Source: Eledone cirrhosa
Taxonomy: Eukaryota
Assembly (NCBI GenBank): GCA_964016885.1
Contig: OZ024743.1
Location: forward strand, 101,804,001 to 101,868,000
Direction of reading: 5' to 3'
DNA length: 64,000 nt
A model generated the notes under the pieces. That model was given only the letters and a program-made list of their open reading frames with translations. It searched no databases and was not told the DNA's origin. The translations under genes and the position numbers were made by a program. Below, one piece after another: positions 28,590 to 43,292 of this stretch. The first letter of the stretch is position 1, and each line of letters starts with the position of its first letter.

Positions 28590-29031
28590 AGTAAGAAGAA
28601 ATATTAGACATAAATACATACCTATTTTTTCTTCAAATTCCCGACTGTACAATTTACAATGGCTACTATGCAAAAATCGTACATCATAGAGATGTAACAT
28701 TTTTGTGAGGTAGGCCGACTTTAAAAGGGAACACCTCAATATCCCCTCCGCCTTCTGAGATATTTTTCACTGCTACAAGAGATTTAATCCCACTTCTTGA
28801 CCACTGTATCACGTGATAGTGTTTCCCTCCGCCTTTTCAAGATTCTCTCGCGCGATGCACACCTGTTTGAAATGGTTCTTCCCCTGAGGTGTTCCCTTGA
28901 AAAGTCGGCCTACCTCACAAAAATTTTACATCTCTATGATGTACGATTTTTGCATAGTAGCCACGAAATTGTACAGTCGGGAATTTGAAGAAAAAATAGG
29001 TATTTATTTATGTCTAATATTTGTTCTTACT

Positions 29032-29040
<9 letters not shown>
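28583..29040. mobile_element. Non-coding fold-back element in (TA)n (arms about 28583..28740 and 28885..29040; extra partial arm 29135..29200)
   Basis: Reverse-complement arms that contain the family F hammerhead. Confidence 0.85.
28892..28983 (+). ncRNA. Type-I hammerhead (family F) with U3:A8 core and long stem II
   Basis: TTCCC TTGAAAA [GTCGGCCTAC...TACATC-TCTAT-GATGTA...GTAGCCAC] GAAA TTGTACAG T C GGGAA. Confidence 0.8.
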
Positions 29041-29124
<84 letters not shown>

Positions 29125-29339
29125 AAGGAAGCCACAGTCGGGTATTTGAAGAAAAAATAGGTATTTATTTATGTCTAATATTTCTTCTTACTTTATAATA
29201 TATTACATAGCTCTCATATCGAGTAAATTTAATTATTCCGATTATCTTGTCTCTCATTCCGATAGAGCAACACTGGTTAACGTTGACAACACACAATCTC
29301 ACATACTTGCGAAAAAAATATATGTGTATATATGCATGT

Positions 29340-29418
29340 ATATGCAGCCTTTCTCCATTTATTACGATCAGCACCTACATTTTCCCACGTATCAGCATGT
29401 ATTTGTGCACCTGTCATT

Positions 29419-29472
<54 letters not shown>

Positions 29473-29950
29473 TCAGATGTGTCTCAGACGAATCCATGGC
29501 GTTCAATAGAGTGACCACATCAGTGATGTCGAGATTTTGGAAAGCTCTCTGTGTGATAGTATAGAAGCTAAGCAAAGACTCCGATGGAGTGGTCACCTTG
29601 CCAGGATGGAGGATTCTAGAAAACCAAAACAACTCTTTTATGGAGAGTTAGTTAAATGAAAACGAACTCCACATAAGCCAAAAAAGAGGTATAAGGATTC
29701 GTTGAAAACCTTTTTGAAAGGCTAACATATCTGCTGATACGTGGGAAAGCCTTTTTGAAAGGCTAACATATCTGCTGATACGTGGGAAAATGTAGGTGCT
29801 GATCGTAATAAATGGAGAAAGGCTGCATATGAGAGGAAAGTTGCCTTTGAGGCATCTCTAAGACAGCGAAGGTCCTCCTATGGTGCTGACAGGCAGTGTC
29901 TGTGCGAGACTCTGCCTCAGCAAAGCTGGACTCGAAAGTCATAAAGCTGG
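29340..29950 (+). mobile_element. Rearranged RTE 3' fragment (family of 4152..5108)
   Basis: 29477..29940 matches the RTE C-terminus (LRWSGHLARMEDSRKPKQLFYGEL). It has a local duplication at about 29710..29790 and an inverted piece at 29340..29395. Confidence 0.8.
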
Positions 29951-30314
29951 ACTTGAAAATTATACAATGGAAAGAGGTAAGCACATACATACAAAAGTAC
30001 GCAATTTCTGTGGCTGATCGCTGTCGATTGCTTTGGTGAGATTATAATGACGCTTTATTATTAAATATCTGGTTTTAAAAAGTCGCAGGACGTTTGTAAA
30101 TCAGCATTTAATGTATTCATGTATTTGGTGACTATTTTAATGACTAATTTGCTTCTAATGTAATTATTATATTTAGTACAATAAGATTTTGTATACATGC
30201 CTTTTTGGAAAATTCTTTCAAATGGGTATGATACATAGGCTTTTGTATTGCTTATTATAATAAATTACTCTATTTTGAACTTCTTCTTGTAAAAAACGAT
30301 ATCCATTTCATATA

Positions 30315-30346
<32 letters not shown>

Positions 30347-31561
30347 AGACATCAAGTTCAACAGTTAATATTTATTTGATCTACACGTGTTTCATTCCCT
30401 TAGGATATTGCTCACAATACCATTATAAAGAGATCTTCAAGTTCAATTATAAATATAACTTATTAAAGAGTTTTTAATTACCAATCGATATATTCTATAG
30501 CGTAAATTGCAGAGAAAGTTTTTTTTTCTAATGTTATGGAAGACTAGATTTGTCAGAATTATCTAACGGTACTCTTTATAAAAGTTGTTCTACCTGGTAT
30601 TACCAGCAGTGCTATTCTGATGTTAATATAATCTTTATTAGTGCAACTATATTAGTATTTACTGGAGTTATAATCAAATTTAATCACGGTATATAATTTT
30701 TAAGCGTTAATACTATGGACTGTTCGGAAGCAAGTAATGACTAAAATATCTAGGGTTTATTTTAAAATATTGGAATTAATAAATGAATGAAAAATTTATA
30801 TTTTTAATCACAAAAAAAAAAAATTTTCCGGCTACTGTTTTTGTACCATGTGTGAACTGCTTAAAAGAAAATTCTGGGTAGTGGTCACATGACTGAATCC
30901 AGGTATTAAAAGCAGTAACAAAGAATCATTTGATGTGAATTTAGGGTCACCAAACCTTCCGTATATACTCTAAAGTATCGAATAATTGTATGGAATAAAC
31001 CAGAAACAACAATGAAACAAACTTACAAATTGACTAAATACCCATTTCTCGTCTAAATCTGTCAGAATATATAAATTTTTCATTTCAGCCACACGAGGCA
31101 ATGAAAACACCAACGCTTCGGCAGATATGCAAGCAAAGAATTCTGCTTCTCTTTGCATAAATCTCACCTACTCCCCACTCAATTGCTTTATATTTCTTGC
31201 CACCTGCTCAATAGGTAAAAAAAAAGAATATATTAAGGAATCTAACAGCATTGCATGTTTATGATAACTGGAAGGCAAGCAAAAAACAAAACAAAAAAAA
31301 TCTGCTTTTCTTAGTATAACTCTTTCTTAACTCCCAATCAATTGCTTTATATTTCTTGCCGCTGCTTAATAGAAAAACTCCAAATAAGAAACAAACAGCA
31401 TTGCTTTTTGTTATGATCACTGGAAGGCTTGCAAACAATTCTGCTTTTTTCTTACCTCCCTTATACAAAAGGAATAGAAAGGGAAAGGAATTAACTCACT
31501 GCAATTTTTCAATTTAAGTAAGTCAAACATGTTAAATTTGGTTTCATTTATTATAAATTCT

Positions 31562-31614
31562 CTGCTATATATATTTCAGTGACAGCTATTATTGGCTGTG
31601 ACCTCATCGGGCAG
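31562..31614 (-). ncRNA. Type-I hammerhead (family G); second copy 32437..32489 plus
   Basis: CTGC CCGATGA GGTCACAG-CCAATAATAG-CTGTCACT GAAA TATATA T A GCAG. The plus copy has canonical CTGATGA but an eroded stem I. Confidence 0.7.
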
Positions 31615-31625
31615 TACGAATTAAT

Positions 31626-31720
31626 TGTTTCTACTTTAGGAACAAGGCCTGCAATTACTCAGTGCGTTACTGGTACTTTATTTTATCAACCGAGTAAGGA
31701 TGAAAGGCAAAGTCAACCTC
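31626..31720 (-). mobile_element. 5'-truncated SINE with 16-bp target-site duplication
   Basis: GGCAGTACGAATTAAT at 31610..31625 and 31721..31736. Confidence 0.85.
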
Positions 31721-32782
31721 GGCAGTACGAATTAATGTAGAAAAAACAGGCAAACATGGTGTTGAAATGTGTTCCACTCATTTCAACATTGTTGTTGGAC
31801 TGTGTGGACATAAATAGGTGAATGCAGCCGAGCCTGTGTTTATACGTGTGCACGCGCAATGGTGTGCGTTGCGGATAATTACACGTATGTACTTTATGCT
31901 AAAATAAGAATTGTAATTCTTTACACTTCTGGATTCTGACACAGGTTTTTTATTTTATTTTATATTTTTTTTATTTTTTAAAGTTTTTATTTTTATTAGT
32001 TGTAACACACGCATTTTTTGTTTGGCATCCCAACCACGTGAAGATGTGGCATGAGAGATACCAGTCTACACACATAAATTCTTCCGATCATAGCAGCAGC
32101 CTACTAAGGTTGACCTGCTGGCTGTCCTCCTAACACCACTACCACTACTACCACGGTAAAGTTGGTAAGCTGGACTTAAACATTCTGATAAAAACAACTA
32201 TAACAGGCTTACCTGTAGCTGAAGAATTTCTATAGACTTTCGGCTGGGATGGTATGATAACTGACCAATGAGTTGGGAGCGTGCCCTCTGACGCTGAAAT
32301 TCGTTTGTTCTAGCACATATGATTCCAGTTCCTCGGAGGACTAACAACACATCCAGGAGCTGGACATATCGATGAATTGACAGAGTGGAATACATTTCAA
32401 CACCATGTTTATCTGTTTTTTCTACACTAATTCATAATGTCTGATGAGGTCGCAGTCAATAATAGCTGTAACTGAAATATATATAGTAAAGAATTATAAT
32501 AAACGAAGCCAACTTTAACATGTTTGACTTACGTATGTTACATTATTCCGGAGTAAACAAACCAATCTGCATACTTCGTCGAGTGCTCCAACCTGCATAA
32601 TGACGTGTTAGTAATTAACCAACACATACTAAGTATAAAATAAAAAAAAATATGTATATATATACACACACACAAACAAATATATATTAACTCACTCGAT
32701 ATGCAAATTAGGCTGCTCAGCCGTTAATATGCATAAGGAAAGCATATACTTTCAGCCGTTCAATCATCTGGCAGGAAGGTAT

Positions 32783-32825
32783 ACGATGCTGACGATAGCT
32801 AATAAGCTTGAAACTAGTACATCGT
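32783..32825 (+). ncRNA. Type-I hammerhead (family H)
   Basis: ACGATG CTGACGA T AGCT-AATA-AGCT T GAAA CTAG T A CATCGT, in a repeat 32688..33078 whose homologue lies inverted at 50525..51321. Confidence 0.8.
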
Positions 32826-33417
32826 TCCTTTGTCAGTGTTGAACAAAAGGGCAACGATGGTTGCTAAACACTGTACGGCTTAATTCGGGATGTTTGTTTA
32901 CAAACAAATCGATCATTATAATAAATGTTCGGTAAATCCATACGTACATATATATATATGTGTGCATGTATGTATATATATACATACTACTCTACGTCTG
33001 TATACATATATGTATGTACGTATACATACTTATATTTAAGTAACAGCCGTACTAAGAGTGAGAAATGAAATTTCGTTTTATTTTTTCCACACACACATAT
33101 ATATATATATACAGTTTATATATATATATATATGTATAAATATATATATACATATATATATAATATATATACACACATATAATATATAATATATATACAC
33201 ACATATATATATTTGTAATATATATATACATATATATATTGTATATATATGTATATATATGTATATATATATATGTATATATATATATGTATATATGTAT
33301 ATATATATGTATATATATATAAATATATATATATATGTATATATATATAAATATATATATAAATATATATATGTATATATATATATATACATATATATAT
33401 GTATATATATATATTTT

Positions 33418-33449
<32 letters not shown>

Positions 33450-33479
33450 AATATATATATATGTATATATATATATTTT

Positions 33480-33513
<34 letters not shown>

Positions 33514-33540
33514 AATATATATATATGTATATATATATAT

Positions 33541-34105
33541 TTATATGAAATATAAGAATCAAAGAACTGTTCAAAACATTATTGTGCTTACAGCTGTTTC
33601 CTCCAAACCGAGGTTTGGATTCTTCGGAGCAATTTATTAATGAATGGACAGTTATATGACCTCCTTTTCAGCCAAGAGACATACCGATACATATGCAAAT
33701 ATTGTGGGTCAACATTCATTACAGCATTTAGAGTGGCAGTACACACTTCGAGATTACATTCATAATAAAAGGTACAATCAAAAATCAAAAATACAGGTTA
33801 AAATGCAACATGAAGATAAGCGGTTATATAGTGCAAATGTTATATGTGTGGCAAGCACGTGCGTCTTGATTGTACCTTTTATTATGAATGTAATCTCGAA
33901 GTGTGTACTGCCACTCTAAATGATGTAATGAATGTTGACCCACAATATTTGCATATGTATCGGTATGTCTCTCGGCTGAAAAGGAGGTCATATAACTGTC
34001 CATTCATTAATAAATTGCTCCGAAGAATCCAAACCTCGGTTTGGAGGAAACAGCTGTAAGCACAATAATGTTTTGAACAGTTCTTTGATTCTTATATTTC
34101 ATATA
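33541..34105. mobile_element. Near-perfect non-coding fold-back element (~240-bp arms, ~85-bp spacer)
   Basis: 33541..33780 and 33866..34105 differ at only a few positions. Confidence 0.9.
34016..34062 (+). ncRNA. Type-I hammerhead (family I), U4C variant; mirror copy 33585..33631 minus
   Basis: TGCT CCGAAGA A TCCAAAC-CTCG-GTTTGGA G GAAA CAGCTG T A AGCA. Confidence 0.7.
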
Positions 34106-34506
34106 ACTGCTCTGTAAATCATCTGATGTTTTTACATTGAGCTACTTAACTTACTGGTAATAAGCTAGTAATACATTACTGCCTACCACTATTTAGGGTT
34201 TGTATAAAAAATACATATAACTGCTAAAGTCTTTTGTATTTTCATAACCATAAATAGTACAATTAATACTATATATTTATATATATATTTATATATATGT
34301 ATATATATAATTATATATATATGTATATATAAAAAATAAGAAGACATTATATGAAGGTTAAAGAACACTTGTGAATAGTGCAGTTTTAAATCAACATATC
34401 AACATATTTTATTTTATCTGATGAAAACACAAATCTTATTGCATGATGATATTTGTTTTTGAATGGCGCATAATAAAATACATGGAACTCTTTTAACCAT
34501 CTTTTG

Positions 34507-34571
<65 letters not shown>

Positions 34572-34591
34572 TAAATAGTATATATATATAC

Positions 34592-35862
34592 TATACTGTA
34601 TGCTTAATTAAAAGCATTTCGAAGACCTTACGCTATTGTTTGAGAGTAGTGCCAGTCTCACTTACTTTAAATTTTCAGCAAACAGGGGAGATAAAGCTGA
34701 CAGAACTCTGTTTCGTACTTTTTGGTACTTATCAAAGCGATGCACTCCACCTCTTTGCTGAAAATCATGAATTTTTGTTTCTTATAGAATTTTAGAAATA
34801 ATCAGGAACTGATTATACAGAGCGGTTGCCAGTCAAGCAGAAATTGAAAATTAGAATTGGTGCTCTGAAATAGCCATATATATATGAATGTATATATAGT
34901 TTATTTTGCAATACACTGTATGCTTAATTAAAAGCATTTCGAAGACCTTACACTATTGTTTTAGAGTAGTGACAGTCTCATTTACTTTAAATTTTCAGCA
35001 AACAGGGGAGCTAAAGCTGACAGAGCTCTGTTTCGTACTTTTTGGTACTTATCAAATCTAAGTACTCCACCTGTTTGCTGAAAATCATGAATTTTTGTTT
35101 CTTATAGAATTCTAGTAATAATCAGGAACTGATTATACAGAGCGGTTGCCAGTCAAGCAGAAATTGAAAATTAGAATTGGTGCTCTGAAATAGCGATATA
35201 TATATGAATGTATATATAGTGTATTTTGCAATACACTGTATGCTTAATTAAAAGCATTTCGAAGACCTTACGCTATTGTTTTAGAGTAGTTACAGTCTCA
35301 CTTACTTTAAATTTTCAGCAAACAGGGGAGATAAAGCTGACAGAGTTCTGTTTCGGACTTGTTGGTACTTATCAAAGCTAAGTATTCCACCTGTTTGCTG
35401 AAAATTTGCCAAAAAGTACGAAACAGTGCTCTGTCAGTTTTATCTCCCCTGTTTGCTGAAAATTTAAAGTAAGTGAGACTGTCACTACTCTAAAATAAGA
35501 GCGTAAGGTCTTCGAAATGCTTTTAATTAAGCATACAGTGTATTGAAAATTACTCTATATATATATTCATATATATATCGCTATTTCAGAGCACCAATTC
35601 TAATTTTCAATTTCTGCTTGACCGGCAATCGCTCTGTATAATCAGTTCCTGCTTATTACTAGAATTCTATAAGAAACAAAAATTCATGATTTTCAGCAAA
35701 AAGGTGGAGTACTTAGCTTTGATAAGCACCAAAAAGTACGAAACAGAGCTCTGCCAGCTTTATCTCCCCTGTTCGCCGAAAATTTAAACTAAGTGGGACT
35801 GTCGCTATTCTAAAACAATAGCGTAAGGTCTTCGAAATGCTTTTAATTAAGCATACAGTATA
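34592..35862. repeat. Tandem + inverted array of a 320-bp hammerhead-containing unit (retrozyme-like)
   Basis: About 2.5 units on minus then about 1.5 units on plus. Equivalent motifs lie at 34695, 35015 and 35335 (exact 320-bp period). Confidence 0.9.
34695..34739 (-). ncRNA. Type-I hammerhead (family J), U3:A8 core; further copies 35015..35059 minus, 35335..35379 minus, 35715..35759 plus, half copy about 35409..35439 plus
   Basis: Consensus AGCT TTGATAA GTAC-CAAAAA-GTAC GAAA CAGAGCTCTG T C AGCT. Confidence 0.85.
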
Positions 35863-36089
35863 GTACATATAGTATATATATATACTATATATATATATTA
35901 TATATATATATTATATATATATATATATACAACAAAGGAATTGTGGTAAGGAACCAAATGGACCATAACGCACCAGAGTACTCAATACTTAGGGTAGTAG
36001 AGTGAGAAATAGGAAAAAGTATGACTCCGACGGCAGAGCTCAAGCCGTCTCGACGGCTATTTCTGGGCGAGTCCAGAAATAGCAGCGTC

Positions 36090-36190
36090 GCGAGTACTGG
36101 GCAACCTCTCTAATGATTTTTGAGGCAAGCCAGCACACTCGCAGCGTTGCCCCGGGTGATGGCGAGGCTGATGCGCTGAAATATTGTTTT
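36090..36190 (-). mobile_element. CRE-type non-LTR element extreme C-terminal fragment
   Basis: FQRISLAITRGNAASVLACL resembles the conserved CRE/RLE terminus. Confidence 0.6.
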
Positions 36191-36611
36191 AAAAGACTTT
36201 TTAATGGAAATGAAGCAAAATGGAAGCTTAATGTTGAAACTTCGAACTCGTGAATTTTGCAGCTTAAAATGTTGCTGGCCCGAAAACTGTTCGCGTATTT
36301 TTGTACCTTTGCACGTTATTTTCGTAATGTAAATAGATAAACAAATGACGCCATAAAAGGGAAATAACTCGTCTCTCATCTCTATTTATACATTTGAACT
36401 GAAAAAATCAATACATTACAAATTGGATTGTTGCACTTGGCGTGGGTCGATTTGAAAATGTTTTAGACCGATGTCTCCGCCGGGCTTAGCAATTTCACCG
36501 AAATTTAAATGTACGGTTATGAGGAGATGTTCTGCCGACCGTTTTAGTAGACAGATAGACAACCTCAGTTTTATATATATAGAGATATATATTATATATA
36601 TATATAATATA

Positions 36612-36723
<112 letters not shown>

Positions 36724-36739
36724 TATATACAATATATTG

Positions 36740-36928
36740 ATTGTTTCCACTTTTGGCAGAAGGCCATCAAATTACCAGTACATTACTGGTACTTTATTTC
36801 ATCGACCACGTAAGGATGAAAAGCAAAGTTAACCTCGGCGGGATTTGAACTCAGACCGTAAAGGGACGTAACTATGCTGGAAAGCATGGCGTCCGACCAT
36901 CTACCGATATTGCCAATCCACCGCCCTA
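36740..36928 (-). mobile_element. tRNA-derived SINE (near full length)
   Basis: GGCGGTGGATTGGCAATATCGGTAG (A-box-like) ... GAGTTCAAATCCC (B-box-like) on the minus strand. Homologous to 54060..54250 and 57570..57762. Confidence 0.75.
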
Positions 36929-37184
36929 TGGAAACTATATTTATAAAACCATAATTATTTTATCTAAATATAAATATAGTTTCCATTTATTAATATATTG
37001 AATATTTACTCCACACAATCAGCTGAGTGCTTTATATCAGTTATAAAAATGTTTAAGGTTGTTGAATCCCAACAAATTAAATATAACCTCTGCATATATA
37101 TATACTATATATATATATTATACATATATATATATACTATATATATATTATATATATGCGTTATATATATATATATATAATATA

Positions 37185-37282
<98 letters not shown>

Positions 37283-37291
37283 TATATATAA

Positions 37292-37362
<71 letters not shown>

Positions 37363-37380
37363 TCACTTTCTAATATATAT

Positions 37381-40300
37381 ATATTAGAAAGTGAGGTTAA
37401 TTTACAAAATGAAAAATAACCGAGCTATCCTACACGAGTGAAATTATAAAGAAAAAAAGATAAAATCGAAAATGCAACTGGAGTCTTATTTAAAAAAAAT
37501 ATATATATATTTATTTGGTTCCTTTACCGGTTTCACAGTTCTTCTGCTTTTCAAAAGTAGAGTTGAGATGGAGGGTCTGTGGTTTTTCTCTCATCTGGTT
37601 GGTCTTTGAATGTTACTTGTTTTATATGGAAAAATGTGGCTTGAAACGCTAGGTTTTTAGAGAAGTAATTTGATTGGTTGGTCAATAAGTATAATAAATT
37701 TCGCGCCAGTTCGCGTTACAAAGTTCTTCAAACAAGAGGAGGTTGTTTTTTCATATATGAGTGAAGTTTGGTTGGTTGATGTAGTCACGTGAATAAGCAC
37801 GTCAGCTTTCGCGCCAGTTTGTTTGAATTTCTTTTTACTTAAAAAAAGGGGCTCACGAAGGCTTTTTTTTTATAAATGTAATTTGATTGGTCATAAATGA
37901 AATTATGGCTGTCATGTGAACAAGTTCATTAAATTTCAAATACAAACCTCTCAGCCCAACAAGTTAAAATTCTCTCCAAAGGACTGAAATTCACACCAAC
38001 ACCACAATACTCTAATCTCAATGAGGTAAATGACGATATCTCACACTTCTGTAGAAAATTACGTCTCACAGAGGCATTCTTTGACAAGGAGAATAACGAC
38101 CAATCAATTGTACGGAATAAAAGCAGCTAAAACCCAACATAAGGTAGAAACAGAGTTCTGAACAAATTTTGTGACCACATAGCTACTTTCCCATACCATG
38201 AACTACCGCAACCTAAACCCAAACCCAACACGAGTCGGAGGGAATGGGAGATTATCCATGAACTAAAAAACAATACGGACATTATAATTAAGGAAGCGGA
38301 CAAGGGAAGTACTGTTGTCATTACGGATGCTGAAAAATATAAACATTCTATGTTCTCTCTCTTACAAAATATTAATTACTATGAACGAGTAAAAAACTAC
38401 CAGCAATAAAAAAACAATGACCAGATTAAACACACTGACTTGTCGATACCAGGAAGACTTAACTAAAAAGGAACGCGATTATTCAACACATTTTGAATAC
38501 AAAACCAGCAACCTTTATAGACTTCCGAAAACCCACAAGTGTAAAATAATTGTAAACAATCCACCTCAGCCTGTGTGAACACACAATACCCCACATACCT
38601 TAAATTAAGACCAATTGTAGCGGGCCCACAATGTGAAACACACAGACTGAGCAATTTTATAGACATACTGCTAAAACCAATTCTCAAACACATACCAAGT
38701 CTTGTAAGAGACGATTTGGACCTCTTAAACCACCTCCCCAAACATGTCAACAACGACACTATTATTGTGTCTTTCGATGTAGTGAATCTCTACACAACGA
38801 TCCCACACCAATACGGACCAGAAGCAATAGGATTCTGGCTAGAGAAATATCCCAATGAGATGCCTGGCAGAATAGAAAAAAAGCTTCATCACCGAGGGTT
38901 TAAAATTTATCTTACAGAACAACTTTTTTTTATTTCGATGGCAGTACTTACAAGCAAATATCGGGGACTGCGATGGGTACAAAAGCTGCTCCAACTTATG
39001 CCAACTTAGTCATGGCATACTTAGAAGTCCAGATATATGAACAGTCCAAATCAAAATACGGATTGAACTTCCCCAAATATTTATCAGAGAATTGGAAACG
39101 TTACTTGGATGATTGTCTCATTCTTTGGTCCCACACACTCGACCAACTGAAGGATTTCAACAATTTAATTAACGGCATCAATAACCACATCCAATTCACA
39201 ATGGAATACAGCCAAGATCAACTTCCATTTCTGGACATCTTAATCTTAAAAAAAGACACAAATATTGAAACTGACATACGCTACAAACCAAACAACAATA
39301 CCTGCTATTCACCTCTAACCATCCAAAGCACACGAAGGCGAACATTCCTTTTAACCCAGCAAGAAGAATTTGCACAATTGTCTCCAGTTATGAAACGCGA
39401 AATAAAAGACTTCAAGAATTAAAGGAAATTCTACTCGAAAGACAGTACCCACCATTACTAATAAATAATGGAATGGAAAGGGCTAAAGCAATAGACATTG
39501 ATGAATTACGAAAACAGAAACAAATTCAAGGTATGTCCAATATTCTATAATATATCTCAACACACAACCCAAGAAATGCGGAAGCTTACAACACTATTCA
39601 CAAGAACATCCCACTATTGAAACAAGACCCAAGAATGAAAAAAAAACCTTGAAACACACAAAATAATCAAAAGCAAAAGACAAACGAAATCACTGAAAAC
39701 ATTACTCACCAATGCCAAATTACCTATCACAAACCCACAACCAATTGCCAAAAAATGTGGTCGCTCTAATTGTGGAACCTGCACTCATCTCATTGAAGGC
39801 AACACGTATACATTTCGACCAGGAGAACATTTTGCTGTAAAAAATCACTTCACTTGCTCATCAAAAAATCTAGTTTATGCCATTAAATGTAAAGGATGCA
39901 ATGAAGATTATATAGGACAAACTAAACTGACACTCAGAAACAGAATGATAGTTCATCGCCAACAATTACGAGATCCAACCACGAGACAGATACCACTAAG
40001 CGCACATCTAGACATATTCGCAAGTAATAAGACACCCAAATTCCAAGTCTTCCCATTTTACCTTTGCGCTGACAATACAACAGAACAAATACGAATAAAT
40101 AAGGAATATGTTTATTCAAAATTATAGACCAGCATTAAATATGGTTTAATATACATTATGTCAACACAATAACATGCTAACCATCCAAACAGACACATAC
40201 ACACACACATAACGCCTTCTACTTTAGAAAATAAAAACCCGAACTAAATAAACCTTAACGTTTGCGCTGACAATACAACAGAACAAATACGAATAAATAA

Positions 40301-41600
40301 GAAAAATATATTCATTCAAAAATATTTCTACTAACGGAATAATTTTCCTACACACACACACACAAAATATATATATTATCTCCATCTTCACATGCTAACC
40401 TTACTCCCACACACACATAACACCCATACACACACACATACCACCCCCCACACACATATACCCCCCCCCCCCAGACACAACCCCCTCCCCCATTTCTACT
40501 AATAGAATCACGTTCCTACACACTATAAATATATAACACACACAAAATATATAACACACACAAAATATATAATTTCTCTCCATCTTAACATACTCCCCCA
40601 CACACATAACACCAATACATACACACACACACAACTCCCACCCCCATTTCTACTAATAGAATAATCTTCCTACACAGACACACACACACAAGCACACAAA
40701 TAAAAATACATATCTCTACTTTATTTATTTCAATAGAAAGCCTCAATTCTGACACCCCAGCCTACCAGCCATATTCACTGAACCAGAACAATTCTCCCCA
40801 TCCCATTTTTCTTGACCATTATCTTTTGTTTGGCACAACATTCTCTAAAAGGCTACAAAATAAATTCCCAAATCTGGGCGCGTAATCTTATGTACTTGTT
40901 CACGTCATAATTTCATTTATAACCCATCAAATTACATTTCAGCACATCAATCATATTCAGAACAACTCTCTCCATCCCTTTTTCTTGACCATTATCTGTT
41001 GTTTGGCACAATATTCTCTAAATGGCTATAAACAAATTCCAAAAACGGGTGCGAAATTTAATGTACTTGTTCACGTGACAGCCATAATTTCATTTATAAC
41101 CAATCAAATTACATTTATAAAAAAAAGCCTCACGTAAGCCACTTTTTTTTAAAGTAAAAAGAAATTCAGACACAAACTGGCGCGAAAGCTGCATCAATCA
41201 ACCAAACTCCACTCATATATGAAAAAAAAAACAACCTGAGCCCCCCCCTTCTTTGTTTGAAAAACATTGTAGCACGAACTGGCGCGAAATTTATTATACT
41301 TATTCACCAACCAACCAAATTACTTCTCTAAAAACCTGGCACTTTGAGCCACTTTTTTCCATATAAAACAAGTAACATTCAAAGACTAACCAGATGAGAG
41401 AAAAACCACAGACCCTCCATCTCAACTCTACTTTTGAAAAGCAGAAGAACTGCGAAACCGGTAAAGGAACCAAACAAATATATATTTAAAAAAAAAAAGA
41501 CTCCATATGCATTTTCGATTTTATCTTTTTTCCTTATACTTTCACTCGTGTAGGACAGACCAGTTATTTTTCATTTTGTAAAAGAAATGTCACTTTCTAA
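37381..41600 (+). mobile_element. Penelope-like element (Neptune-like), degraded RT + GIY-YIG ORF (~37940..40150), bracketed by ~550-bp inverted pseudo-LTRs
   Basis: LSKGLKFTP, LRPIVAG, SFDVVNLYTTIP, MGTKAAPTYANL, RYLDD, LPFLD, CGRSNCGTC linker and VYAIKCKGCNEDYIGQT. Bases 37381..37935 are the reverse complement of about 41053..41600. Confidence 0.92.
41431..41466 (+). ncRNA. Minimal type-I hammerhead (family D), U3:A8 core; mirror copy 37522..37557 minus
   Basis: CTT TTGAAAA GCAG-AAGAA-CTGC GAAA CCGG T A AAG, in the PLE pseudo-LTR on the sense strand. Confidence 0.75.
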
Positions 41601-41834
41601 TATATATATATAAATATGAATTGGCGAGAATCGCATTTCGGCTATTGGAAATTAGCGAAAAACAACTTCCGAGATGTGTGGCAAGCGCTCCATAGAAACG
41701 AGTGTACTAGAGCAAAAACACACGTTAAAAGGCCAAACACACTGAGATGATGGTTAAACCATTAACCGCAAAGCCATATAAGCGAACAAGCTATTCGGGT
41801 CAAACAAATAATAAAATATGATTGAAAATTATAT

Positions 41835-43289
<1,455 letters not shown>

Positions 43290-43292
<3 letters not shown>

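Larger units (their letters stand above)
31525..32535. mobile_element. Fold-back PLE-like remnant (arms about 31525..31770 and 32383..32535)
   Basis: Reverse-complement arms, each containing a family G hammerhead. The left arm is interrupted by a SINE. Confidence 0.75.

Noticed and set aside
34592-35862. Possible CRISPR-like array
   Set aside because: Whole 320-bp units repeat with no unique spacers, there are no cas genes, and the context is eukaryotic.
36830-36928. tRNA genes
   Set aside because: The A/B-box-like motifs belong to SINE heads with conserved SINE bodies, and there is no complete cloverleaf.
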